Below, piece after piece: positions 46,433-55,872 of a stretch of 64,000 nucleotides of DNA. The translations under genes and the position numbers were made by a program. The stretch covers positions 12,697-76,696 of the forward strand of contig JAZLCA010000054.1 of NCBI GenBank assembly GCA_045613985.1, read 5' to 3'. Below the pieces are notes generated by a model that saw only the letters and a program-made list of their open reading frames with translations, had not been told where the DNA came from and ran no database searches. How positions within the stretch are numbered: the first letter of the stretch is position 1; every line of letters begins with the position of its first letter. Source of the DNA: Eubacteriales bacterium (lineage in GTDB: Bacteria; Bacillota; Clostridia; Oscillospirales; CAG-272).

Positions 46433-46467
46433 CAGAATGTGCTATAATTTACAAATTATTAACAATT

Positions 46468-46773
46468 TTATTTGCACTTACCGCCTTCGCAAGCATCGTG
46501 ACAAACAGGAGAGGTCAATGATTGTTCTTCCGTCTCTGTGAGTCGCACAAGAATCGTGTCCTCCCCGATGCACTCGATCTTGCACCACGGAATAAACAGG
46601 TATTCCGTTTTGCCCAACCCCAGAAAGCCTCCACCGCCCCGGGGCACCATCAAAGACGTAAGCGTGGCGCATTTGGGATCAAACTCAAAATCGGTTGCGA
46701 AGCCCAGTCTTGAGCCGTCGCATAAATTTATAATCTCTTTTTTTCGCAGCGAAAGCGTGGTACAGCGTGGCAC
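46468..46773 (-). CDS. ylmC: YlmC/YmxH family sporulation protein (PRC-barrel)
   Basis: LRKKEIINLCDGSRLGFATDFEFD...IPWCKIECIGEDTILV matches the family pattern. GTG 46773, 7 nt after GGAGG, is the likely start. The ORF-track ATG at 46815 has no RBS. Confidence 0.75.
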   Translation of the reverse strand: MPRCTTLSLRKKEIINLCDGSRLGFATDFEFDPKCATLTSLMVPRGGGGFLGLGKTEYLFIPWCKIECIGEDTILVRLTETEEQSLTSPVCHDACEGGKCK

Positions 46774-46821
46774 TTCCCTACCTCCAAAAACGGATTGTTC
46801 GTCCGAAGACGTCAATGCAGT

Positions 46822-49620
46822 TTATTCATCGTCGGAGGAAATCTTTCCCGCTTCGATGGGATTTTTCCGGAACATCCGCCGGAATGTACGCATCAATTTG
46901 GGACGATACGACTGCGATATAAAGTAACTACCCAACAAATACAGCGGCGACAGTACCGCCATAATGATCAGCAAAAGCGAAAGACCGTTGGCGCCAAACC
47001 AGGCTGCGATCGGAGGAATCAGAATAACGCCGGCAAGCACCACCAACAGCACACCGATGACCAGCAGCGACGAAGCATGGTTTCTCCAATTAAGTGCAAA
47101 CGAGCCCGTCGTTCGCAGCAAGCACCACAAAAGACAGCTCTGAGATTCCCAGAGTGCTAAGAAGGTATAGAGGAATAATCCTCCCTTTTGAGGTGCTGCC
47201 CCCGTTCCCATCAAAATCCATGCGGTAAGAACGGTAAAAACACCGCAGATGACCGTCGCGCAGATCCAATCGGGACGAATTTTCAAAGGAGCCTTAAAGA
47301 ACCGGTCGTGGTCGGGAACCGCGCGCAGGACATCTTCTCCGCAAGGATGCAGAGCACATATGAGAATGTACGCGAGATCTACCCATACGCCGCTGATGAG
47401 CAGGAGGGCGGGCGAAATGGCCAACCATCCGAACAGCAACGGCAAAATAACCAACGTAACGCGCAGCATCTGCGCAACCAGCAGATACTGCATAGTCAGC
47501 ATCATACGGAAGCTAATTGCCCGGGAGGTATGAATCGCACAAGCGATGCCCGAAAGACCTCCGCCGTCGGGACCTGCGCGTCGAATAAGCACGTCAGAAT
47601 TACGGCGCACCGATTGATCGCATTCCTCGACAGCCGCCGTCGCTACTTCAACATCGGACTCGTTTTGGATGTTGGTATTATAATCGCGGGGTTCGCAGCT
47701 GAAACAAACATTAGCAGGATTCATCAAGGGGGCATCATCGTGACGCAATCCCAAGCTTGCCGTGGTTTTTCCTTGCGCACGGCAACGCTCAATAAACTGT
47801 GCGATTTCCTCGTCCGAAAATCCGAGGAATACACGCCGTTTTTCAAACACATCCGCCAACGTTTTTCCCAAACGGGCAGCCTGCGATGCGGTAACGGTTT
47901 CTTTTTCCGAATCGATCCATCCCGCTGACATTAGATAATTGATACATCCATCGTCCTCTCCAGGCAAAAACAGCGAGATACGGACGTGACTCTCTTCCAA
48001 GCGACGCCTGGTCTGGCGGAGCAAAGGATCAAACGCTTCACGGCAGGACAAAATTCCTTCAAATATGACGTATCCGCGTTCCTCACGCACGTAGGCACAC
48101 ACCTGAGTCCCCTGATTTTTCAGGTGAACGAACATATCGTACAGCGTTTGACGGCCGGCATTATCCAATGCCACCGTTTTTCCGCCCTTGTTGGCAGCAT
48201 TGCAACGCAGCAACGGATCGGGATGCGTACATTTATGGATACGGAAACGGCGTTCCGTTCCGTCAGAAGGACGGCGCATAACTACCTCTACCCACTCAGG
48301 AGCGGCAGGCATGGGACGCATACCAACCGTACGAATATCCGCAGATGCGCGGTCAAAGGAAAGCATGTCCCCCATCTCTGCGACTGCATCCGCCCATTCC
48401 TGTAGATAAACACCGCCATTCTCTTCCATCGGGCCTTGCTCAGCGCATTTTTCATAGCGGTAGACAGTCTCATACATCTGTGCAACCGCGTTATTCTTCA
48501 TTTTATGACCAATGAACAGACCGTCTGCTGTATAGGCGGCATAGGGGTGCATATGTCCGTCGGACAAAGCGGTTTTTCCCAAAAGGAACAACTCGTCCAC
48601 GCGGCACAGATCGTCCAGTGCCGCGTAGTTTTTGATGATAGCGGTATTGTTGTGATTCGTTCCGTAGGAAGCGCGAATCACGGCGCAAGCGCAGACGATA
48701 CGCCCCATGGACAACAGCTGTTCACCCATGGAGGAAACCACCAACGAAAGCGTCAGCATCAAAACGTCCAAAATATCAAATTTGCCGCGGGCGGTAAAAA
48801 TGCCAATGATTGTCACGGGCAGGATCAGCGCACACATAACGATGCTGTATCGATTCATGTACTTGCGCATGGGCTTGAGGTAGGAGGGATCGCCCACCTG
48901 CATGGCCAACGGATGCGCACCGCGATAGGAGGAAAGATAGGTGGTCTCACCCGTCTCGGTTACAATCGCGCGCGCTTCCCCGCCATGAATGATCGACCCG
49001 GCGTGGACCATATTGGCTCGCGTCAGCACCGATTCCTCGGCATTTTCATCGTAAAGCTTGGCGGCATCCTTAAAAGCGCGGAAGTAAGCAACCTTTCCCT
49101 GTTCATCGCATTGATAGGTCAAAACGCAAAAACGCTGGGTGGTTTCGACAAGGCGAGCGTCACACGGCACCACATCTCCCGCACGAAGCAGGATGACGTC
49201 GCCAGGCACAAGGTTAGCGGCATCGCACAAAAGCTCTCTTCCGGCCCGCAGAACACGAACGCGGGGGGCTGAATAGCTGCTCATAGCCTCTTTGATTCGG
49301 TTGGTCTTGACGTAAGCAACGATACTCACTGCACAGCTCACTGTCAGAACGAACAGAACGGTCAGAGCGGTCTCTATTCTGCCAAAGCAGAAGGCAATTA
49401 CGCAAATGAAGGCAAGTACCCACAAAGATACGTCGGACAGGATGCGAGTCGCGCACAGCTTGAGGCTGCGGGGCTCGGGAACGAACAATTCGTTGCGGCC
49501 GATGCGCTCCAGTCGAGTGCGACTAACTTTGGGAGTAAGACCGTTCTTTCGATCGGTCTTCAAGCGTTTTTCAACTTCGTCAATCGACATCGCGTGCCAC
49601 TTTTGGTGTTTGATTTTCAT
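46822..49620 (-). CDS. P-type ATPase homologue with degenerate catalytic motifs (probable pseudo-ATPase)
   Basis: A Cation_ATPase_N-like N-terminus (SIDEVEKRLKTDRKNGL), an A-domain (LVPGDVILLRAGDVVPCDARL) and about 10 TM helices. There is no DKTGT anywhere in the protein. The aligned site reads LLGKTALSDG. Confidence 0.8.
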   Translation of the reverse strand: MKIKHQKWHAMSIDEVEKRLKTDRKNGLTPKVSRTRLERIGRNELFVPEPRSLKLCATRILSDVSLWVLAFICVIAFCFGRIETALTVLFVLTVSCAVSIVAYVKTNRIKEAMSSYSAPRVRVLRAGRELLCDAANLVPGDVILLRAGDVVPCDARLVETTQRFCVLTYQCDEQGKVAYFRAFKDAAKLYDENAEESVLTRANMVHAGSIIHGGEARAIVTETGETTYLSSYRGAHPLAMQVGDPSYLKPMRKYMNRYSIVMCALILPVTIIGIFTARGKFDILDVLMLTLSLVVSSMGEQLLSMGRIVCACAVIRASYGTNHNNTAIIKNYAALDDLCRVDELFLLGKTALSDGHMHPYAAYTADGLFIGHKMKNNAVAQMYETVYRYEKCAEQGPMEENGGVYLQEWADAVAEMGDMLSFDRASADIRTVGMRPMPAAPEWVEVVMRRPSDGTERRFRIHKCTHPDPLLRCNAANKGGKTVALDNAGRQTLYDMFVHLKNQGTQVCAYVREERGYVIFEGILSCREAFDPLLRQTRRRLEESHVRISLFLPGEDDGCINYLMSAGWIDSEKETVTASQAARLGKTLADVFEKRRVFLGFSDEEIAQFIERCRAQGKTTASLGLRHDDAPLMNPANVCFSCEPRDYNTNIQNESDVEVATAAVEECDQSVRRNSDVLIRRAGPDGGGLSGIACAIHTSRAISFRMMLTMQYLLVAQMLRVTLVILPLLFGWLAISPALLLISGVWVDLAYILICALHPCGEDVLRAVPDHDRFFKAPLKIRPDWICATVICGVFTVLTAWILMGTGAAPQKGGLFLYTFLALWESQSCLLWCLLRTTGSFALNWRNHASSLLVIGVLLVVLAGVILIPPIAAWFGANGLSLLLIIMAVLSPLYLLGSYFISQSYRPKLMRTFRRMFRKNPIEAGKISSDDE

Positions 49621-49652
49621 ACCTGTCCTCCTTTCTTTGTTATTTTTTAGGA

Positions 49653-52058
49653 TTACATACAGTCAAGCGTCAGGCGTCCTCCGCTGACCGACAGACGGAT
49701 CTGAGTAATCGCATGCTTTTGATCGGCCAGCAGCTTCTCTGCCAACATATCCTCCACCTCACGCTGAATATAGCGACGCATATTGCGAGCACCGAATTTG
49801 ATCGAAAACGACTTTTCGGCAATCAGTGCGGCGGCGGCAGGCGTGTAGGAGAAATGCATATCCTTCTCTGCCAGCGTCTTGGCCAAGTCTCCCAGCATAA
49901 TACCTGCAATATGAGAAAAATCCTTTTGATTCAGCGAACGGAAAGTAATGATCTCATCCACGCGGTTGATAAATTCCGGACGCAAAAAGCTCGACAGTGC
50001 TTTCTCTGTCTTGCTCTCGGACAGCGTTTTTCCATCCTCAAAAAAGCCGATGGAAGAAGAAGTGCGATCCGATCCTGCATTGGTTGTCATGATCAGAATG
50101 ACGTTTTCAAAGTTCACTGTCTTACCGCCCGCATCGGTGATGCGGCCATCGTCCAGAATCTGCAATAAAATATTGAGAACGTCGGGATGAGCCTTTTCGA
50201 TCTCGTCAAACAGAACGACAGAATAGGGATGGCGGCGGATCTTCTCGGTCAACTGCCCCGCTTCATCGTATCCGACGTATCCGGGAGGCGCTCCGATGAT
50301 TCTGGAGACCGAATGCTTTTCCATAAACTCAGACATATCCAAACGGATAAGCGTCTCGGGCGTATGGAAGAGTTCGGCAGCAATAGTCTTGACAAGCTCG
50401 GTCTTACCGACGCCCGTAGGTCCAGCGAAAATAAAGGAAACCGGCTTTCTCTTATAAGAAATTCCTGCACGGTTGCGCTTAATGGCGCGAACGACGGCGC
50501 TCACCGCCTCGTCCTGACCAACTATGCGAGCCTTAAGGTTATCCTCTAATTTGGACAGCTTTTCAAATTCGTTTTCGCTGATGGTGCTGGCCGGAACGCC
50601 CGTCCACACTTCGATAACAGAGGCCAACTCTTCGACGGTCAGTTCGACCTTGGCACACGCGGGCTCGATCTCACTCAATCGATTGGACAGTTTGAGCTCC
50701 TTGGCCTTCACTTGAGCAATTTGCTCGTAATTGCGCTGTGCATCCGCACCCTCCAAAGATCCCGTTTGAGCTTCGAGTGCTTCGCGCTCAGCCTTGAGCT
50801 TGAGCAGACGGTCGCGAATATCATAGGATTCGTTGATAACGGCAGAATTGAGAGAAAGATAAGACGCGGCCTCGTCCAACAAATCGATCGCCTTGTCAGG
50901 CAGATAGCGGTCGGTGATATAGCGTTCGGACAGGACCACCGTGCGGCGCAACAGCTCGTCGGGGATGGCGATGCCGTGGAATTTTTCATAGTAATGCTTG
51001 ATGCCTCGCAGCATATCCACCGTGTCATCCACGGAGGGCTCGTCAACGATGATCGGCTGGAATCTGCGTTCCAGTGCGGCATCTTTTTCAATGAACTTGC
51101 GGTATTCATTCAGCGTAGTCGCGCCGATCACCTGAATCTCACCGCGAGAGAGGGCAGGCTTGAGGATATTGGCCGCATTCATGCTACCCTCGGAATTTCC
51201 CGTACCGACCAGATTATGCACCTCGTCGATGACAAGCAGAACATTACCGGCATCCTTGATCTCGTTGATCAATCCCTGGATTCGCGCCTCAAACTGACCG
51301 CGGAATTGCGTTCCCGCCACAAGAGAGGTCAGATCGAGAAGATATACGACTTTGTTTTTCAGTTTGTACGGCACGTCCTCCTGCACAATGCGCAGTGCCA
51401 GTGCCTCAGCAATCGCAGTTTTACCGACGCCAGGTTCACCAATCAGGCAGGGGTTGTTTTTCTGGCGGCGGCAAAGAATCTGGATCACGCGAGCAAGCTC
51501 CTTATCGCGACCGACGATACGGTCCAGCTTGCCCTCCTTGGCACTCTTGGTCAGATTGCGGCAATACGCCGGAAGGTACTTATACTTCTTTTCCGGGTCC
51601 TTGGAAGCGCGGTCACCGCGCCCCGTCTTTTTCTCATTTCCGGGCTCGTTTTGCTGTGCGGGAACGTTGGATTCGCTCGCCTTGATCAATCCCGCCTGCT
51701 CAAAGAGCTTGCGGAAGTCCAGCGTAGGAACGACCTGCTCACTTCCCTTTTTGCGTGTTTCGGCCGCATTGGCACCCTCGTGGTTATCGTCCGTCTCCTC
51801 AGCATCCTCCGCTTCATCCGCCTCGCCGCCAAGATCCAGTCCCTGCTCCAGCATTTGCTCCATTTCCTCGCTCATGCCGGCCAACTGTTCGGGCGTAAGC
51901 CCCAATTTGTCAAGAGCACCGCCCATCATATTTTCAATCGGAAGCCCGACCTCCTTTGCACACACGATGCAAAGTCCTTCGCTGGTCTTCTGACCGTTTT
52001 CCACTTTGGTCACGAAGATCATGGCCGGACGCTTGCGACATCTTGCACATTTTATCAT
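49653..52058 (-). CDS. Clp/Hsp100 AAA+ ATPase (ClpC/ClpA-like) with an N-terminal zinc-ribbon in place of Clp_N repeats
   Basis: Two AAA modules (GEPGVGKTAIAEAL and GPTGVGKTELVK), a short coiled-coil middle region and an IGF loop (SSSIGFF). The N-terminus reads CARC...CIVC. Confidence 0.9.
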   Translation of the reverse strand: MIKCARCRKRPAMIFVTKVENGQKTSEGLCIVCAKEVGLPIENMMGGALDKLGLTPEQLAGMSEEMEQMLEQGLDLGGEADEAEDAEETDDNHEGANAAETRKKGSEQVVPTLDFRKLFEQAGLIKASESNVPAQQNEPGNEKKTGRGDRASKDPEKKYKYLPAYCRNLTKSAKEGKLDRIVGRDKELARVIQILCRRQKNNPCLIGEPGVGKTAIAEALALRIVQEDVPYKLKNKVVYLLDLTSLVAGTQFRGQFEARIQGLINEIKDAGNVLLVIDEVHNLVGTGNSEGSMNAANILKPALSRGEIQVIGATTLNEYRKFIEKDAALERRFQPIIVDEPSVDDTVDMLRGIKHYYEKFHGIAIPDELLRRTVVLSERYITDRYLPDKAIDLLDEAASYLSLNSAVINESYDIRDRLLKLKAEREALEAQTGSLEGADAQRNYEQIAQVKAKELKLSNRLSEIEPACAKVELTVEELASVIEVWTGVPASTISENEFEKLSKLEDNLKARIVGQDEAVSAVVRAIKRNRAGISYKRKPVSFIFAGPTGVGKTELVKTIAAELFHTPETLIRLDMSEFMEKHSVSRIIGAPPGYVGYDEAGQLTEKIRRHPYSVVLFDEIEKAHPDVLNILLQILDDGRITDAGGKTVNFENVILIMTTNAGSDRTSSSIGFFEDGKTLSESKTEKALSSFLRPEFINRVDEIITFRSLNQKDFSHIAGIMLGDLAKTLAEKDMHFSYTPAAAALIAEKSFSIKFGARNMRRYIQREVEDMLAEKLLADQKHAITQIRLSVSGGRLTLDCM

Positions 52059-52115
52059 ATGGATATTTTCAGCCGTCTCCCAAATAGATACAGCTGTCCT
52101 TTCTATAAAGAGAAA

Positions 52116-52847
52116 TTACATTCCGATGCCAAAGATCCATCGGAGGATATTAAGATTGAAGCAGTGTCTGAACAACCAAGTATTTTCAAACGCCGCTTGG
52201 AAGGCTATACCTTCAAAGCTCGCTTCGGCAAGACTCATGATTGCATATACCAGCAAAGTAAAGACCGCCGTATAGATCAAAGCGCAAACAATACCCAGTA
52301 TCAAACCGAGTATACGGTCGATCTGACGAATGACAGGTAGCTTTGCAATTTTGATCATGACGGAAGCAATGATGCTGAACAACAGCATCGCAATCAAAAA
52401 GATGCCGGCGTATGCAATCAAATCGGACAAAAGCTTGGTGATCGGCTGTGCCAAAGTACTCGCCAATTGCGACAGTCCCCCTGCATCTGCTTGTGTCTCG
52501 TTGGCAAGATCGCCTGCCAAGACTGCAGGATCCACTCCCATTCTCTCAAACAAGGAACTTAACCAGGAAGGAAGATTGCCCAGCACCTGTGTCAGATCAA
52601 AAGTTTCTGCTCCCGCTTCAAACACAGACAAGAGCTTATCATGCACGTAATTTGTCACGCGGGACGTGATCAGGTGCTCCGACACCCAAGCAGACGCCAT
52701 AGGGCCAAACAAATACGCCGCGATCATGCACAAAAGCGACTTAGCAAGGCCAAAGATGGAACGGATAAATCCCTTGAACCAACAGGATAACACCGTCACA
52801 ACGATGATCATCAGGAGCGATATATCGAGAAACAGACTCAAACCCAT
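52116..52847 (-). CDS. cvpA: CvpA family membrane protein
   Basis: A polytopic 243-aa protein with the CvpA-like N-terminus (LDISLLMIIVVTVLSCWFKGFIRSIFGL). Confidence 0.8.
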   Translation of the reverse strand: MGLSLFLDISLLMIIVVTVLSCWFKGFIRSIFGLAKSLLCMIAAYLFGPMASAWVSEHLITSRVTNYVHDKLLSVFEAGAETFDLTQVLGNLPSWLSSLFERMGVDPAVLAGDLANETQADAGGLSQLASTLAQPITKLLSDLIAYAGIFLIAMLLFSIIASVMIKIAKLPVIRQIDRILGLILGIVCALIYTAVFTLLVYAIMSLAEASFEGIAFQAAFENTWLFRHCFNLNILRWIFGIGM

Positions 52848-52890
52848 AACAGTTCCTTTCTAGCAATACAGTTGTAATCGTCTTGTGGAG

Positions 52891-54174
52891 TTATGTGCGC
52901 TCATCCGGCCGCAGCACGATTGCCTTTGCCGAGCCGCACACAAGATATTCATCATCGTCATAAGCCAGCAGACGGGTATATTCGCCATTGAAGGCAGCAG
53001 TTGCAGAGGGAGCACTTTGCCCGTTGCGGTAGACGTTAAGTTCATTTTCAGTTAAAACAGCCAATGTTCCCGACGCATACGTCGCATCGTGTACTTCAGA
53101 TGGCACGGAAATATTATACACCTGATCGGTGGATTTGTCAAATACAATTACGCGGCTGGCGTTATCGTACACGTTGTCACGACAAACCAGAACACAGCCT
53201 TGGGCATCCACGCGGAAAGAAAGCACGTTTTCTGTCGAAAAAGCACAGCTTGCCACGATCTCTAGCTTCGTATCCAGACGATATGCGCCTGACGTAGTGA
53301 GCAAAAACAGCTCGCCCTCATCGGTATAATGACAAGCGACCGGATAGGCATCCTTGATCACACAAGCGTTCCCCCAAGTCTGTTCGTTGGGAGACACTTG
53401 AGAAATATGCGTTTGCATCCGCCCTCCTTCGGAGGAGACCGAGATTATGGACAACTGCTTCCCATCCGGGCGCAGTGCGGCCAGAAGCGTATATTCTTCC
53501 AGGCGGTAGCGATTGATCATACGATGATTTTCATTGTAGAGAAGAACCTCACTTGCATATTCGGTGCCGTCCGTCACGACCGCATAATAGCCTTGATTAC
53601 AAGCTGCGACACTGCGGATATTGTTTTCAGTCGTGATATTCTTGACACAGGTAAATGAATTATACAAGCTCATATTTTTTCCGCCAAGATCGTAGGCGAC
53701 CAGATAGCGTCCGGAGGAGACAAGACGAGGCGTACGATACGCCATCCTATGAGAGTGCGATTCTCTGCCCGTGGCAGTAAAAACCGTCAGCTTTTGCTTA
53801 CCAAGCACGGCAAGACCTTGGCGGTACAGCACGTAATCGTTATCCGCGTCCGAAGAAAAAATGATACTTTGCTTGGCTTCATTTTCCTGCAGAGCAAGCG
53901 AGGAGGTCAGATCTTTAGTAAAATAAATCAGGTTATCCGCCGACAATAGCTCTGCATTGGTTAGAACGGAAACGGCAATGTAGACCGCAAGCAGCATGAT
54001 GGTAATCATCTGGGCGGAATGGTAACGGAAGGAGATCTCCTGATGATAGCCTACGTCGGTGACACGCTCGGAGAGATCCACGTGTCGCACCGTATCTTGA
54101 TCATTGGAAGAACCGCCCGGGCGAGTGCGCTTGAACAATTGCGAAAACACGCTAAGCAACGGCATTTTTTTCAC
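52891..54174 (-). CDS. Membrane-anchored hypothetical protein (DUF5711-like, repetitive beta-rich ectodomain)
   Basis: A single N-terminal TM segment (MITIMLLAVYIAVSVL), then repeated strand-rich segments. The family name is from memory and not verified. Confidence 0.6.
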   Translation of the reverse strand: MKKMPLLSVFSQLFKRTRPGGSSNDQDTVRHVDLSERVTDVGYHQEISFRYHSAQMITIMLLAVYIAVSVLTNAELLSADNLIYFTKDLTSSLALQENEAKQSIIFSSDADNDYVLYRQGLAVLGKQKLTVFTATGRESHSHRMAYRTPRLVSSGRYLVAYDLGGKNMSLYNSFTCVKNITTENNIRSVAACNQGYYAVVTDGTEYASEVLLYNENHRMINRYRLEEYTLLAALRPDGKQLSIISVSSEGGRMQTHISQVSPNEQTWGNACVIKDAYPVACHYTDEGELFLLTTSGAYRLDTKLEIVASCAFSTENVLSFRVDAQGCVLVCRDNVYDNASRVIVFDKSTDQVYNISVPSEVHDATYASGTLAVLTENELNVYRNGQSAPSATAAFNGEYTRLLAYDDDEYLVCGSAKAIVLRPDERT

Positions 54175-54219
54175 GCGCTTCCCCCCTTACACAAAAGAAT
54201 GATTGCCTATAATAACAAA

Positions 54220-55014
54220 TTATTCCCAATGCGCCGGTAAAACATCCGGACGCTGATAAAAAACACGGGATAAATACAATCCGTGAGGCGGGGCGGTCAA
54301 GCCTGCGGCAACACGATTTTTGGCGTTGATCGAGGCAGCGATGCTGTCGGGATCGCGGCGTCCGACTGCGACCTCGTACAAGGTTCCCGCCATGATACGC
54401 ACCATGTTATACAGAAATCCGTCAGCGCAGACACGGAACGAAATGATGTCTCCCTCGCGGCTGACCGTAGCATACTTGATCGTTCGCACGGGCACGGTGA
54501 TCTTTGACCCCTGTGCCATATACGAAGCAAAGTCATGCGTGCCGACAAATTGGGCCGCCGCCCTGTTCATACGCTCGATCGCATCGGGCAAAAGAGGACA
54601 CGGAATATGCCAGCTTCTCTTATCCTCAAAGGGATCTCGAATGGGCGAGGCATAAAATCTGTACTCATACTCCTTGGCTTCCACAGCGTAGCGAGGATGA
54701 AAATCGTCGGGAACAAAGCAGGCATCCGTCACCGCGATATCACTCGGCAGATAGGTACAAAGTGCGCGTGGGATGTTAGCTGCGGAAACGCTTGTCGGCA
54801 GATCGGTCTGCCCTTTTTTGGAAACGGCGGCACAAAAGGCCCTGGCGTGAACACCGGCATCGGTGCGGCTGCAGCCCATAACATCGCAATCGTAACCAAA
54901 CAAAGCGCGCGTCGCTTCATTCAGTGCCCGTTGCACCGTAGGGATGCTTCCCGGCTGAACCTGATAGCCGTTATACGCCGTTCCGACAAAGCGGAATTTG
55001 ATGAGTGCTTTCAT
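54220..55014 (-). CDS. truA: tRNA pseudouridine(38-40) synthase
   Basis: YNGYQVQP and GCSRTDAGVHA (catalytic Asp) motifs. Confidence 0.92.
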   Translation of the reverse strand: MKALIKFRFVGTAYNGYQVQPGSIPTVQRALNEATRALFGYDCDVMGCSRTDAGVHARAFCAAVSKKGQTDLPTSVSAANIPRALCTYLPSDIAVTDACFVPDDFHPRYAVEAKEYEYRFYASPIRDPFEDKRSWHIPCPLLPDAIERMNRAAAQFVGTHDFASYMAQGSKITVPVRTIKYATVSREGDIISFRVCADGFLYNMVRIMAGTLYEVAVGRRDPDSIAASINAKNRVAAGLTAPPHGLYLSRVFYQRPDVLPAHWE

Positions 55015-55053
55015 ACGTCCGTTTCCTTTCGTTCAAATTTGGAAAATCAAACC

Positions 55054-55872
55054 TTACATGGTATAGCCGATACCTGCGCGGTTGAGATAAATGATGGCGG
55101 CACCGAAAGCCAGCATCAAAGACAATGCAACAAAATCGCCAACACGGTAATGGAGGACCGTCATGCGTGTCCTGCCTTTGCCACCGTGATAACAACGACA
55201 TTCCATGGCAGTTGCCAATTCGTCCGCGCGGCGGAAAGCCGACACGAACAGAGGGATCAAAATGGGAATCAACGCCTTGGCACGAGAGATGAGCGATCCG
55301 CTGGAAAAATCCACGCCGCGGGCCTTTTGAGCTGCCATGATCTTGTCTGTTTCTTCAACCAACGTCGGAATAAACCGCAGAGCGATGGTCATCATCATAG
55401 CAAACTCGTGAACAGGAATGCGAAGTACACGTAAAGGTGACAACAGTCTTTCCAGAGCATCCGTCAGCATAATGGGCGTCGTCGTATAGGTCAGAAACAT
55501 TCCCGTACCAATGATCAAAGCAGCAATGCGCAACATCATAAAGCCTGCCTGATACAGACCCTCCGCATAGATGTGAATGAACTTCCATTCCACCAAAAGC
55601 ACCTCTCCCTTGGTGAAAAAGACGTTGATCAAAGCGGTGAACATCAGAATGAACAAAATGGGACGAATACTGCGGATCACAATCTTGACAGGGATTCTGC
55701 TCAAAAGAATGAGCGCAAGGGCTGACAGAACAAGCAAGGCAAAGCTCAAAACATTTTTGCAGATGAAAGTACAAACAATATAAAGCACCGCCAGAATGAC
55801 TTTCATGCGGGGATCCATATTGTGAATGGAGGATTTCGCAGGATAAAATTGACCGAGAGTGATACTTTTCAT
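55054..55872 (-). CDS. ecfT: Energy-coupling factor transporter transmembrane component
   Basis: A CbiQ-type membrane protein (DPRMKVILA, ARGVDF). The start is ATG 55872, overlapping the ecfA2 stop (ATGA). Confidence 0.9.
   Translation of the reverse strand: MKSITLGQFYPAKSSIHNMDPRMKVILAVLYIVCTFICKNVLSFALLVLSALALILLSRIPVKIVIRSIRPILFILMFTALINVFFTKGEVLLVEWKFIHIYAEGLYQAGFMMLRIAALIIGTGMFLTYTTTPIMLTDALERLLSPLRVLRIPVHEFAMMMTIALRFIPTLVEETDKIMAAQKARGVDFSSGSLISRAKALIPILIPLFVSAFRRADELATAMECRCYHGGKGRTRMTVLHYRVGDFVALSLMLAFGAAIIYLNRAGIGYTM

Noticed and set aside
44561-46541. Two long plus-strand ORFs (319 aa and 459 aa) spanning tsf and rpsB.
   Set aside because: They are antisense to two universally conserved translation genes, and the 459-aa ORF even crosses the intergenic region and promoter. 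They are artefacts of codon bias.
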